The translations under genes and the position numbers were made by a program. From Asterias rubens (taxonomy: Eukaryota), in contig NC_047062.1 of assembly GCF_902459465.1 (NCBI RefSeq), positions 14,632,001 through 14,696,000 on the forward strand: 64,000 nucleotides of DNA, written 5' to 3'. A model generated the notes under the pieces. That model was not told the DNA's origin. It did no database searches and was given only the letters and a program-made list of their open reading frames with translations. Positions 28,601 through 41,300 of the stretch are shown piece after piece (position 1 is the first letter of the stretch; each line of letters opens with the position of its first letter).

Positions 28601-31420
28601 TTATGTCTGGCAGAGGTAAAGGCAAGCCGACACCTTAACCTGTCAAGGCTACCTATTGTTCCCAGTCACCGTCTGTAAGCGGGAGACACTGTCTGTTGTT
28701 CTGTCTCCTTTGTTACGCTTTGTTCAGTACTTGAGAGAGATTTGGAATAAAAAAACGTTTAGAAGCGTCATCTTCGGTCGAGTGCCCAATTGAGAAATAA
28801 TAACGGGAACCTACAGCGAAGTTTGACAGGACTTAAGCTGGGTTGACACATCTTTTGGCCACATGCGAAGAAAATATATGAGTTTAACAGTTATTTATTT
28901 GTTGATGTAAAGCAAGTTTTTCATGAGGGGCATGTTTGGCTGTCTGCCATTCTGCCTGAACGTCTGCCATTATGTCTATGTGCGTAGTTTCGAGTTTGGA
29001 GAAGAAAACAAACCATTGAATTCCCGCCAAAAATGCAGAAACCAAAATATTGAGATTCACAGTAAATGTATACAGAACAAGTGTGGGGCTCTCTTTTTGT
29101 TGAATTGAGCTCGCTTTGTGTTTGGTGTAATGGTGTAATGTTCACAAAAACAACACGCAACAATATTGTTACAAATTCAGACAACCTTCGTACCCTTTTC
29201 CAATCTTACCCTAAAATCACAAATCTGTGCTGCTTTTACCTGAGTGCGCTAAGGCAATAATACGAGTGCATAGAAAGACAAATTTAATGTCAAAATGTGC
29301 GAATGGTTCCTGTAATGGAAAAATTATGACATCTGCAAACACAACTCTGTAGACCTTTTGTAGGGCACACATAAATAGTGCCGAGCACCTTTTTCCCCTT
29401 CTGGATCAGGAAGTCATGTGTACTGAGTTTTAAAATAGTTTAGAATGAAATCGAAAGACCTAGGACTATAGGACAAAGATTGTTATAAGGGCCTTTATTG
29501 TGAGCCTCCATCTATCTCACTTAACTAGTTGGTTATGGTTAAGGTAAAATCTGTACATGCTTAGTTTGTGGACAGAGAAACAAAATTAGAGTGAAAAAGT
29601 GTAGAAATGTGAGCAAATTGAAGCATGATTTTATTGTTTACAAGCAGAATTTGTGTATACTAATAATGTCATAGTCCTATGGTATGGTGAGTTCACACAC
29701 TTTTTCTACAAACTGGAGTTACACATTACCTGTTGGGATCTGTACATTTTCTCAAAAACAATAGCAAGTATATGGACCAAAGGTAAACAAACTTCAAAAG
29801 ACGTTTGGTAGTTGGTACTGATAATTTCATCAAACTTTACTCAAACGAAAAAGTTATGCACAATCAATCTCTGGGCTTTTATAGAGATTTGTAGTACTAT
29901 TGCCTTTAACAGTGGAATTCATTTAAGACCCGTTTCCCAGATACATTTCTCCAGGTAAGCCAGACCATACATCATCAATAAACCAATTTTATATTTCTGG
30001 AGGGGCCTGGCTATCAAAATTACAGGCCTCACTTTCTCCAAACAGCTGGCAGGGAGTTTGTGCACGCTGCAGGGTAAATTTGCCACTCATTTGCACTCCA
30101 AAGCAGACTGAATGCCAGATTACTACAGGCTTGTGTCTTTTGACCAGAGGGTACACTTCATCCCTCTAGATCAGACACTCGCCCCATCAGTCTAGGAGAG
30201 ACTGCAGGGTCCGTACGTGGCGTACCCAGAATCCAAACCCTCCCCTGCTTTGCTTTGATTGGCATAACACTGAAACTGGGCCATGCAAACAGATTCTTTT
30301 CTTGGGCAAATTGGACCAAATTAAGCAGTCAATCAGTTTAGCGTTGATTTTGTGCTGCTGGCGTTTACTTGAAGTGGGCTAGCAAGGCCCCCCAATTGCT
30401 ACACGGAGGAAATTGAGTTAGGTGATCCATTCGGAGCAGTTAGCTTGTTCCAGTGGGGCGGGGAGTATTGATGAAATGCTAGGAACAACATTAATTGTAA
30501 CCAGAATCCGACTCCATTTAGACTACTGACAGGTAAAATTTGTAGATACTTGGCAGATAATTTTCTTTTTGAAACCAAAGTCAGAAATGAATTGTCTGTA
30601 TTTCGGGATTCAAGTGTTATTCAGTGGGTGAACCTGAACTTATCAAAATGAAGCGATGGAGTTTCTTCGGGGTTTCCATGTCAAATAAACTATGTTCACT
30701 CAGTTCACTGTCAGTATTTAACTTCAGAGCATTAGTCTCTAATGTCAATGTTAACTCAAGTCTCTTTTTTCGGACCTCAGGTTTTCTGGAACTTTTATTT
30801 TGAAGGATTTGAAGGTGGACTACTGATACTTCAATGAACAAAATTTTTAAAAAGGAGTTTAGTTTGAACCCAACCTCTTGAATTGAAAGCTTTATCAATC
30901 AAGAACGTTCATCGAGAATCAGATAAATAACCAAAATGAAAATCATTATCTGGATCTGCATTTTCTAAGTTGAACAAATCGTAAGCCTTTAACAGAGAGC
31001 ATCCAGGTACAAGTATTTGCAAAGTTCAAGCCCATTTGTCAAATCCATGATCATCAGTAAAAGTCAGTAATGGTCGATTCTCTCTGACTAGGTGGTGTTT
31101 TGATGAGTCCCTGTGGGCTATGCGTGCTGTGTGGTCGGTCATAGCCACACTCGCCACACAATCTCTTTGTCAACATGCAGAGATATCGCTATCACCTAAA
31201 GTCATGCTCTCTGTTTTAGTGTGTTGATTTTCGACATTGGAAATAATCACTTCCATTGTGAGGGGGGGAAATCTGTCACTATGTCTTCCCCCTTAGCCAA
31301 CACCCCAAAAAGAACACACAGACTTTCATTATGGTTAATAAACAGATCTTTCATTATTATTGTTGGTTTACCTGAAAAGGTTTCAAAAAATGGAATTGAC
31401 TTTGAGAGAGTTTTTGAATG

Positions 31421-31582
31421 AGGGCCTGATACTTCACGGAGGCAAAGAAGGTGTGCCCCCCGTGTCATTGCCTTGGTGCCCTTGCAATGCTTCAGTAGAA
31501 ATGTACAATTTCCTCTTGCCCTTATTCAAGGAGACAATGTCTTGGTGACCTTACCATTTTAAAAATGAAGCATATTGGCCTG
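31421..31582. repeat. Copy of a dispersed ~150-bp (CA)GGCCTG-ended repeat family (probable MITE), subtype B
   Basis: Shares cattgccttggtgcccttg.aatgct.cagtagaaat.tacaatttcct and the end aaaaatgaagcat..ggcctg with 52016-52215. Confidence 0.7.
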
Positions 31583-32433
31583 TGAGTTGCAATGCATTGA
31601 ATCATAGAGCAAGGATATAGACTCTATAATTGAATCTTGTTATCTTCACATTATTTTTACAAACCGCCCATGCCAACAGCTTCTTCAGCATGGCACCTGA
31701 GAGCTTAGCGTCAAGCACAGTGTTTCCAGTTAGCCCTGGGCCATTGCGCTGATAACCCCAAAACAGTATCCCTTGGCTTAAGGTACTAACTGAAGGAGCC
31801 TTGAGGCAGGTATGGCTTGTAAAGATAAGCAAGGGTCCTTGTTCTGTGATCAGATGGTGCAGGGGAAAGTTTGCAGACACTCGAGGCGGACAATCTGTTG
31901 GGGATTCTGGATTCTGCTACTTGGGGATTTTGCTCTTTTTACACCAGCAGATATGTATTATATAATATCATTGAAAAGTTAAGTCACTACTGCTGAGTGT
32001 GTGATAAAGTGGCTACAGGCAGTTTTGGCTTGAGAAGATTAGCCATAGGAACTTTCCAGAGAATTGGACTAATGTTTTTGGTAAAACACAATTTTTCTTG
32101 TTTGTCCACTTTAATAAAACACTCTTTGGATGCAACAGGTCAATTATATGTAGATCTGTGGGAAATCGGATTGATGCTTTTCGGGCAAATATATTTTTTT
32201 GATCGAATCTCTAAGAGTCTTAAAAGTTGAACTGAGGTTGTTACCAAGTAAAAGACAAATAAAACACTTATAATTAGGAAGCCTTTTTAGAGAAAAGGCG
32301 GAAAAATTGTGTTTCTGTAAGTTTTCTTGCTAAACATTTCATTGATATAATGATTGCATCGGGCACAACACAAATATTGTTTTGGTTTTATCTTTGGACT
32401 AGCCTCTCAACATTATGCAAGATTCAAGGTCTG

Positions 32434-32549
32434 GGCCCAGTTTAATTTATCTGCTTATCGTGGAATTTTGTGCTTAGGTCCCATACATACTTGTGCTGTA
32501 CAATTACAGGGTGCTGTAAGCGTCACAATTCTGCGCCACTAATTGGGCC
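32434..32549. mobile_element. Short decayed MITE with GGCCC termini and CTG TSD
   Basis: ctg|ggcccagtt ... aattgggcc|ctg, with ctg at 32431-33 and 32550-52. Confidence 0.6.
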
Positions 32550-33410
32550 CTGTGGATTTTTTTCCCCATAAGACTCAAAAAGCACTGACCTTACAATAAA
32601 AACCCAAATGATGTTCTGCTTAATCTGGTTTGTACTGTGTGCTCGAGTCAAAGACAGTGATATTGAGAGAGTAAAGTATTCTTGAAGCGTTGTCTTGCTA
32701 AAGGAAATCCAAACCTGTCTTCAACTCACATGACTCATCCAAAGAATCCTATAAGTGACAACAACTGTTTACAGGATCGATACATCACTTGTTAGCATGG
32801 ATGTATGAGCAAACATTGCAAAACCTTTAATCCTACACAATGTCCCTGAAGTGTTTGGGCTATTACGACTCAGAAATCCATCAATAATACTCCGATCTGT
32901 GAAATCTGTGAAATCTATCTCTACACACAAAAAATGTTGACAAAACCATGCAGTGGATTACGGAGGAATAGTGGCAGATATAAAGGCCCTAAAATTATTG
33001 TGTAATGTTTATTTTTTATTTTTTCAGGAGTGAAATAGTAGTACTGTACACACCTAGGGTTTGAAACTTTGCATGGTGGAAATCAGATATAGTAAAGGTT
33101 TGCGGAACACCATTACAATGATAATCTCTAAATTAATTGGGGTGGTTCTGAAACGTCGAGTTGAAAGTGTTCATTTCAGAACCACCCCAACTCATTTAGA
33201 GATTATTATTATATGGTGTTACCGCAAACCTTTACCAAATAGTACATACAACAGTTGCAGTCAGGTTCTATGTGATGCACTCCTTCTGTGAAAAAGAAAT
33301 ACTACCAATATATACATGTACATTGTATTTCTCTTCAACATGTTCTGGATTTCTTCTTAGCTTAGGCTTACGTTTCAATTTTGGTTATTGTACATGTAAA
33401 TATTATTCTT

Positions 33411-33459
33411 TGTATTTAGCGCCATGAGCACTTTGATGGATTTGTGCGCTTTATAAGTT

Positions 33460-33495
<36 letters not shown>

Positions 33496-33503
33496 GTTAT
33501 TAT
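33411..33503 (+). mobile_element. Isolated LINE/SINE 3' tail with (ATT)n
   Basis: gcgccatgagcac...gatttgtgcgctttataag then (ATT)n at 33463-33494. It resembles the tail of the LINE at about 35090-35155. Confidence 0.65.
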
Positions 33504-34904
33504 TTATTGCATCATTGAATCTTCTCGTTGGCGATCCGATAATGTGATAATGCTTTTGTACATCAACTCAGACGCGGTGTCGCTCGCTGTCGGATGATAT
33601 ACCTCAAGTTCCTACACGAGCCTGGCTGAAATTCCACTCAGGATGAGACCCAAGATGACACTCTATACGCTGGTCAAATATTGAATCAGATGAAACTCAA
33701 TGTAATGATATTGATAGGGATGACGCAAATTCATTTCGTTTCTATTCAGCTTTTTTTCAGTCAACTCCTGGCTTTATGTAAAAGGGAAAGAAGCTAAAAG
33801 GTTCGGAGGGAAAACTGATACTTCTTTGTGTCAGGTTAAGGTTGAGAGGTATGAATGGGCGAGAAAGTTATTGTAAAGTGGTTAATATTTTAGAGGGAAT
33901 TGAAGTGCGCTTGTGTTGCTTGTCAGTATTGATAGATCTTTTGTATTTATTTGTTGGATTTTGTAAAGTTATTCACTCTCTTCAAATATCTTTAAGACCA
34001 AATAAGGAGGAACGAAAAAGAAAAACCCAACGATTTGTTGCTTTTTTAATACTTTCGTGATTATCTGAGTGCGTTATTTCAGCCATGTTTATGATCAAAC
34101 ACTGATAAGAGATTGTTGACAAATTGGTCAGATTAAGAGGAGAAATATCTCAGCTGCTTATAAATAATGCCTCATTAATTTCTGACGTCAAAGTCCGCAA
34201 CTGCATGGGGGCTGCAAAATATCATGGCAACTGTTGATTACAGATTCTGACTCATTTTTTGTTCATCAGGCGTCATTGTGAACAATTTCACGGCCAAGTG
34301 AGCACTGAAGTGCGTGTAAGATTCAGAAATAACACTCTTCAAATTTGAGACGTTGGAGATGTTAGTATCCCTTGGACCCAAATGTGTATGTGTGGATGGA
34401 TTCTGGCGGATTAACTTGCCTCGATTGAAACAACTCTCTTGTCAGAGAAAGTGATCTGGGTTGCTTGAATAAATATAAGGCATTTTGTAGGAGTGACTAG
34501 CGTGATTGGTGTAACCTACAAAAATAAAGAAAAGAAGGAATTGCCTTCTCAGTAAAAAGAGAAGGAATCAGACCTCATTCTAAAGTGTCTGCTTTGTTTG
34601 ACCTGACCATGAAGTTAGAATGACTAAAACGATACTTTATTTGCATTGTTCATTTATATGGTGATAACTTTTACTGAACGCATGCAGTACAAATTTGACA
34701 GTAGTCAGTTATGCTCATGTTCATTATGAGCCGCTCAGCTATTATTAGATCAATTTGTTTGTGGTGTGCTTTGTTTTCCTTTATACCATGGATTCATTAA
34801 TGGCCTGATTAAAATCTTCAATCCAATAAGATTTGATTGAAGATGACTTGTCCTTTACTCATCACTGAGGTTGGGTCAGTGAGTCCATTCCACGAAGAGT
34901 CAAA

Positions 34905-35160
34905 AGAGAGACAGCATTTTTGTTCAGCCGCGCCACGCATCTGGAACTCTCTACCACTTAATCTCAGATCCTCAGATTTTGTCTTTGTACCACAAAATTC
35001 AATCTCTTCTCAAAACTTATCTCATGTCACAGGTTTTCAAGGACTAATTTGGTTGCGTCTTGTTTTCTTACGTTTTGGTTTTGGCTTGACTGTGCCTTGG
35101 ACACCAGGCAGGGTGGATATGTGCGCTTTAAGTCTTTATAATTATTATTATTATTTATTT
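34905..35160 (+). mobile_element. 5'-truncated L2/CR1-group LINE: ORF2 C-terminus, 3' UTR and (ATT)n tail
   Basis: Translates FCSAAPRIWNSLPLNLRSS and, after a frameshift, QSLLKTYLMSQVFKD*. This is the typical CR1/L2 ORF2 end (F.xAAPxxWNxLP...KxxLKTxLF). It is followed by gatatgtgcgctttaag and an ATT-rich tail. Confidence 0.8.
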
Positions 35161-35186
35161 TTTAGCATAATGGCAAACATCCAATG

Positions 35187-35349
35187 AATGATTTCATCCA
35201 GCGATTTATGCATTGCAAAATATTTTGACTGAACAGATTTTGTGCACAGTGAATGCCAATATTGAGTAGCAAGTAATGTTTTTTGAGTAGCAACTTGCAC
35301 ATTTTGTGTAGCATTTTTCTCGGCTATACAAGGAAAATAGTTCACTGAA
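35187..35349 (-). repeat. Dispersed repeat, inverted homologue of 36718-36870
   Basis: The reverse complement tcagtgaactattttccttgtatagccgagaaaaatgctacacaaaat...gctactcaaaaaaca aligns to 36718 onward. Confidence 0.75.
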
Positions 35350-36648
35350 AACAGTCAAAGTAACCATATCCTTCAATCATGGCATGAAACTGTAATCACC
35401 TCTGTATTCTTTGACCTAAAAAATCCCCTGATGATGTTTCAACAGTTTTATCAGTTTCTTTTCATCACTTGGTAATATCCTCTCTGAACACATATGAGTC
35501 ATGTGGATTACGCTACTCTCTTTGCATTGGTAGAGGTCCATAATGCATCCATGCTGAGTACCTCAATTTGGGCTGGTCCTCAAGAAGGTGTGGTTGATAG
35601 AGGGGGGCAGTGAGATGTGATGATGATGAGATGATTTGTGTTAATGGTTGGTCCAGGCTTTGGTTTAGTGATGTATGGCGAGTGGGTGAGAGGAAGTTGT
35701 CATCACTGTTGCTCACAATGATGTGATAGTAACATGGATTACAAGAACGCTGACTCCATCATTGTTTCGCCCCTTCTGGATTTACCTCCCCCCCCCCCCC
35801 CCTGTAAAGCTGGACGTGAAAATCCTTGTGATTCGCAGTTGGTAATTACTAAGACAAGATTGCCATTTCAAATTAACTGACCTTTTTGAGGAGCTTTACA
35901 ATGGAAGGTTAGTTGCCTTGTCAGACAAAATTTTTGGACTAATTGTAATATTTGACTTTTTTCAAATAAAAATTGAGCCTTCAAATTGTATCTTCAAAAT
36001 TGATTTATTATTCAATTTTGTTATTTTGTTTTTCTTCAGATGTTGACATTTTAGAAAACACAAATTCTGCTTTATTTCCTTTTTTTAAATAACTGTCTCT
36101 CTGTTGTTTTAAAAACATGGGTGGCAACAGTGTGGGTGGCAAGTGTTTAAGTTACATCCTAATTTATGGCTAAACTTGATTCTTTATCCCTTTCCTATCC
36201 CATTATTGATGGTCCTAAATTGACCTGGTCAGTGTAAGGTCAAGCCAACCACAACCTATTTGAGTCAGGTCAGTGAAGTTGATTCATACAGTGATTTATT
36301 TGGGTGGCAATGGAGACTTGGGCAATTAATCCACACTCTTCACATCTGAGTGTCTCCCATGAGGCGATTAAGCCAGCTAATTAGGGTTGCAATTTACTCT
36401 TTTATCAAGTTAATTACCTTGTGTGAACTTTATACTTGTTTTATGATGTCCTGGTTGACTGGTTAGTGTCAGAGATAAGTAACTTACTTCAAGTAAAGAA
36501 CGAAAGAAAAGGAGAAAACATCTCGGAGCAATAAAAACACACAATGGTTTTGGATGGAGGGCTATACAAAAAAAGCCATGGCAGACTTGTTTGGTGTTCC
36601 CCAAAGTCATTTATGTTGGTTATCTCGGTGGCAAATAATTTAAAAACA

Positions 36649-36717
36649 GGAGAGGGAGAGGGAGAGGGAGAGGGAGAGGGAGAGGGAGAGGGAGAGGGAG
36701 AGGGAGGGGGAGAGAGA
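36649..36717 (+). repeat. (GGAGAG)n polypurine microsatellite
   Basis: 9 perfect hexamers (36649-36702) followed by ggagggggagagaga. Confidence 0.95.
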
Positions 36718-36870
36718 TCAGTGAACGATTTCCCTTGTACAGCAGAGCAAAATGCTGCACAAATTGTATCAGCTGCTACTCAAAAAACAGCAATTATGCA
36801 TAGCAAACTAATTACCCTGAACAAAATAAGTTCAGTCTAAATTGTTTGCTATGCATAATAGCTGGACAAA
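36718..36870 (+). repeat. Dispersed repeat, inverted homologue of 35187-35349
   Basis: tcagtgaacgatttcccttgtacagcagagcaaaatgctgcacaaatt...gctactcaaaaaaca...gctatgcataatagctggac. Confidence 0.75.
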
Positions 36871-38174
36871 GGAATTCCCTGGAGAGCAATAGTTGCCTTT
36901 TTTCTTCAAGCCGGGTATTTCTTGATTTGAAGTTGTTTTTAATGATTTATCCACACCTCCTCCCCACTCCCCCACTCCTCTTAGTTTGAATGACGGGTAA
37001 TCATAGAGAGATTTATCCCGCTTGGATGGATCCCATCAGATGAAGGGGGAGGTGGAGCTGCAAACTCGCACCGTAGATTCCCATCCCCGTTTCTTCGCTC
37101 AGGGCGCATCAGCAAGATGAGAAAAAAAAAATCTGCAAGCTGACTAAAAGCTTGACTGATGCATTTTAAATCCATCTTTCCTTCCCCCCGTTTTTCCTGA
37201 GCCAGTATTTAAAGATAGCAAACTGACAGATGTGTAAGGTAGTTAAACCCCGCTCGGAGCAGATTTGTCACTGACTTATAGCCAAACAAGTTTGTATATT
37301 TGCACCGCAAAGTGCTACAGCGTCGCTCCTTAAATGGAGAGGGACAATTATTTCATTTTTCAATGCTCAGGGTAGACTTTGTGCGGGGACTACGTTTTTT
37401 GTAAATGCTGGGGGAGCATTAATGCGACTGCCGTCATAAATACTGAGATACGTTTACGTGCTTGAGAGTATGTCATTTCATGTTTACATAAATCCAGCGT
37501 AATCTGCATTTTAGTAATTGAGTTTTTTTGGAAACACAGAACATCCCTGGTGGACGATTCATGTTGATTTTTTATCGGTCATGTTTATAAGGTTGAGGGA
37601 GGAGACTGATTGGCAACTATGTGGTTAGTCATAATTCATGTTGTTTTTGGGTCGTCACTGAGGAACTGGTTCACCAAATCTGCGTTTGGTTTTTATTGAT
37701 GAGTCTGGAACTTTAATAAATAAATAACTATAACAGTACTATTCATGGGTTGTAGTGTGGATATCATACCCTACTACACATGTTTGAAATTTCTTTTAAA
37801 AATTCTTTTTAATCAAACATTTACAGGAACTTTTGTCTGATCCCCCCCCCCCATACTAATGACACAAAACATTGAACATGAAAACAAAGGGGAAAAAATT
37901 GCAATCACTTTTGAGTTGAAGATGAAAATTCAATTTAGTAAATGCGCCATCATTGACCCCTTATAGCCAGATGCGAAATGCACCTGTCTAAAATGTGCGC
38001 CTGGCCAATGGTTAGGGGTAAATTTCTGTGTGTGCAATTTGACAGACCAAAAAAAGAGGACAAGATAGGTGTGTATAGTGCGCTGTGCATCACGGAAGGG
38101 GTCAATATTACCAGTGATATACACAAAATATATAAAAAATACCCTGGTATTAAAACAATGCAGGGAATATTTGT

Positions 38175-38398
38175 TATTTTTATTTAACCGACACACCAAT
38201 GTGTGTGCAGTGTTTATCACTGTATACTCAGTACTTTCCTGAGTACTCAAGGCATATGGGTTTAGGCTCCTAGGGGTAAATCAAAAAATAATATTCTAGT
38301 AGACTGAACAGTGTGTCCTCATAAAAATTTCATTTGTCAGTCCTTTAGAGACCTTTCTGTCGACCTATTCTTTATCCAAGATGCAAATTTAACATCTA
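38175..38398. mobile_element. Two decayed fragments of the same tRNA-SINE family, in opposite orientations
   Basis: 38191-38244 (acacaccaatgtgtgt...cactgtatactcagtactttcctgagt) matches the left arm at about 44108-44153. 38366-38398 (tattctttatccaagatgcaaatttaacatcta) matches the right-arm tail at about 44515-44546. Confidence 0.75.
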
Positions 38399-41300
38399 TC
38401 AGCTGCAAAGTTTGTTTTCAAGTCCCAATGAGGATGTCTTGAGTTTGTGAGTGTTTTTTTTTTTCACTGGTAGGGTCAGAGTCAAGTTAGCCATGAGGGA
38501 AAGGCAAGGCGTAAGGCACTGAGCTGTCTAACGGGACAGTGAACTTGAAGGGGCCAGGTCTCCGATGGGACCCAAGTCTAAATTAGGAAACTTTCTCGTT
38601 TGTGATTGCTAATTTGGAAACAGTGGATCGGTTGAAACACGACCTAAGTGCAGTGACATATTCAGGGTCCCTGATGTACAGGAGTTCTCTGTCGGGAGTT
38701 TGGTCTTGTAACGTTTTTTTCTTTTCACGTATAATTATTCTAGCGCATGTACCCAATTCATAAAGTTCAACAGTGCAATGAGCCTAGAATAAAACTCATC
38801 AGAAACCCTGAGTGTTACCTGGGCTCCTGTGGGGGTATATTTTTTATAAACACATTTTCAAGATGTTATTTTTTCACCCTCAACATATTTGTTTGGTGTT
38901 GAATTTGTTTTGATGTTATTCTAAAAGGAATACCATCTTGTTCTGAACCATTATGAAGAATCCTTACTCCCTCATCTGTTAGTGGGCAGGTTACATTGGG
39001 ACAATTTTCAATACAGGTGAAAAGGTCAAACAAAGTATTGTAAAACTCCATCCTTTCAAAGTTAACAAAACAAGTGACATCAATTTCTTCCTATAGATGG
39101 ATTTCTATTTATAGTCACACTTCTTTGTAAATTGCAAGATTGAAACGTTAACTGACTTTGTCATGATTTACATCCATCAAGTTGATTTGTAACTGAATTT
39201 TTCACTCTCTCAAATAAGACAAATACAGTAATCTTCACTGATGGTGTTCATTTAAATCCCTCTACGCCAATAAAACCTCATCTTGTCATAATTTTATGGA
39301 GCTAAATGAACAATCCAGATGTTTTAAAAATGTCCAGACATACGTTTTGCGTCTCTGGACTACTCAATTTGACTTAATTGGCCGTCCTTGATTAATATGT
39401 TTACGAGAGCGGCCAAAAACAGGTGCACCCGATGTGCATCACTCCAAAAAAATATTCTTCAGTTTCTTAATACTAAACATTGAATTCAGAACATCGGAGA
39501 ACCCGGTTGATACTTTTTATTTCTTCCCGAACATCAGAGAGATCACCCTTCGTTGCACTTTTTCAGTTTTTGTGTGAGGGACCTGGGAGCTAGAACCATT
39601 AAAGTGATGAGAACTGCAAACTGCTTGTAGGAATGGTTTATATAGTGTCACTGATTGATCTGTTTGTTTGTCATGGCTTGGTAAATTACACTTGACGGAA
39701 GACAGAGATATATGCTCTTATCCTTCAACACACAGTGGTCTGCTACATGTACCCCTGGACAATATTTATTACTACCTGTGCCACCTGGAAGTTTTGTGCA
39801 GGTTATTCACTTTCAGTCAAGAAAATTTTGGAATTTTTTGAAAGATATTTTCGAAATCAGATTTTGTGGTATCGTAATGATTTAAAAAAAATGTTTTTTT
39901 AATAATTTACATTCAGATATTTTATTATGAAGAATGATATTGCTGACTTGCCAATAGAGATGGCGAAAACAGAGAGAAGAAGTAGCCTACATTATTGATT
40001 TAGTGAAGGTTATGTATCATTTACCGACTTTGGAAAACTCTTTCTGGGGAAAAGGGTTTGAGAAATTTGGGCAATCAGTGACCTGACATCCTATTCCCGT
40101 AGAAGTTTCATGTTGATAAAACAACTATACACAAGGAAAATTAGAAGGGGAAAACAACAACAAACTAAGAAAAAATCTGGCGACAGTTTTAACTATTGAC
40201 ACAAGTACTGAAGACTTTTATGGACTTAATTACTAGCAATTCATGCCATAAACTTGTTATCGTTATATTAGAGCAGGAATGTCATTGAATGACACTGTAC
40301 AACTTAAAGAGTAGCGCAAAACATTGCTATACAAACCTAGAGAGTCAAGTATGTAGACACGTTTGGAAAAGGAGTTAGTTTGAGCCTATGGTAGAAATAG
40401 CATCTCCTCATGATGGTCACATGTCTTTGCTTGACCTAGTTCTTTTCACAGCTTGTGAGTGTTATGTTTGCACTGATAGTTATTTTAGCACAGAATCACG
40501 TACCCTTGAGGGGATTGGGGAAGGCAATTTGGGAGATGTTTTTCCTATTATTTCAATGTAGGACATTATGGGGGTCAGACATCAACTCTGAAAACAACAT
40601 GCATGCCCTGGTCTGTTCAGATGTGTGTTCCAGTTTATTCACACACTGTACATGTACTTTATAATTCGGACAACCCATTTTGCACTAAAGTGAGCCCTAT
40701 AACCCTTAAGGGTTACGGATGCCAAGATTTCATTTCAACCAAAAAGAAAATCTACACACAGAGAAGTGGGACAATTTAGTCGTGTGTGATTGATCATTAT
40801 ATATATATATGTACTAGATTCGCTGTGATTTATTGTTTATACTTTCCTGAGGATGGGTGAAACTCAGTACTACCAATGCTTGATGTGGACAGAGTGCTCC
40901 AGTAATATTGTTGAGTCCGTCAGTCTCCATGTCAAACAGAGAGTGCAATTCATTAGGTCCCCCACACTCATCTGTCAATTGCAGTGAACCTCCCCCCCAT
41001 TGTTTGTTTAACGGACCGGGTCCCAAGATGTGGCGGAATCAGTGGGATGACACTGTTGTCTAGTGATAGGGGGCTAATAAGGAGGTCTGATCCTCTTCCA
41101 TCATGGGACAAGACGCCAATTCGCTTCTTATCTCTCGCGGTCTCCTCGCCGCATCCATTGGTTGTCATAGTGATGGTCATGGCATCTGGGAGGAAGCATT
41201 TGAAGCAGATCATGTTTCCATTCTGGTCTAGCGGTTTTTGACATTGCTCCTTTCCCTTTTGTTTTGTTTCTCATTCCTCAGCACCATCTTGTGTTCTCCA

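Noticed and set aside
30617-30898. 93-aa minus-strand ORF (RKPEVRKKRLELTL...)
   Set aside because: Somewhat protein-like but with no recognisable family, no ATG at the listed start and no partner exons.
36544-36840. ORF with GEGEGE repeat
   Set aside because: Translation of the (GGAGAG)n microsatellite plus a dispersed repeat.
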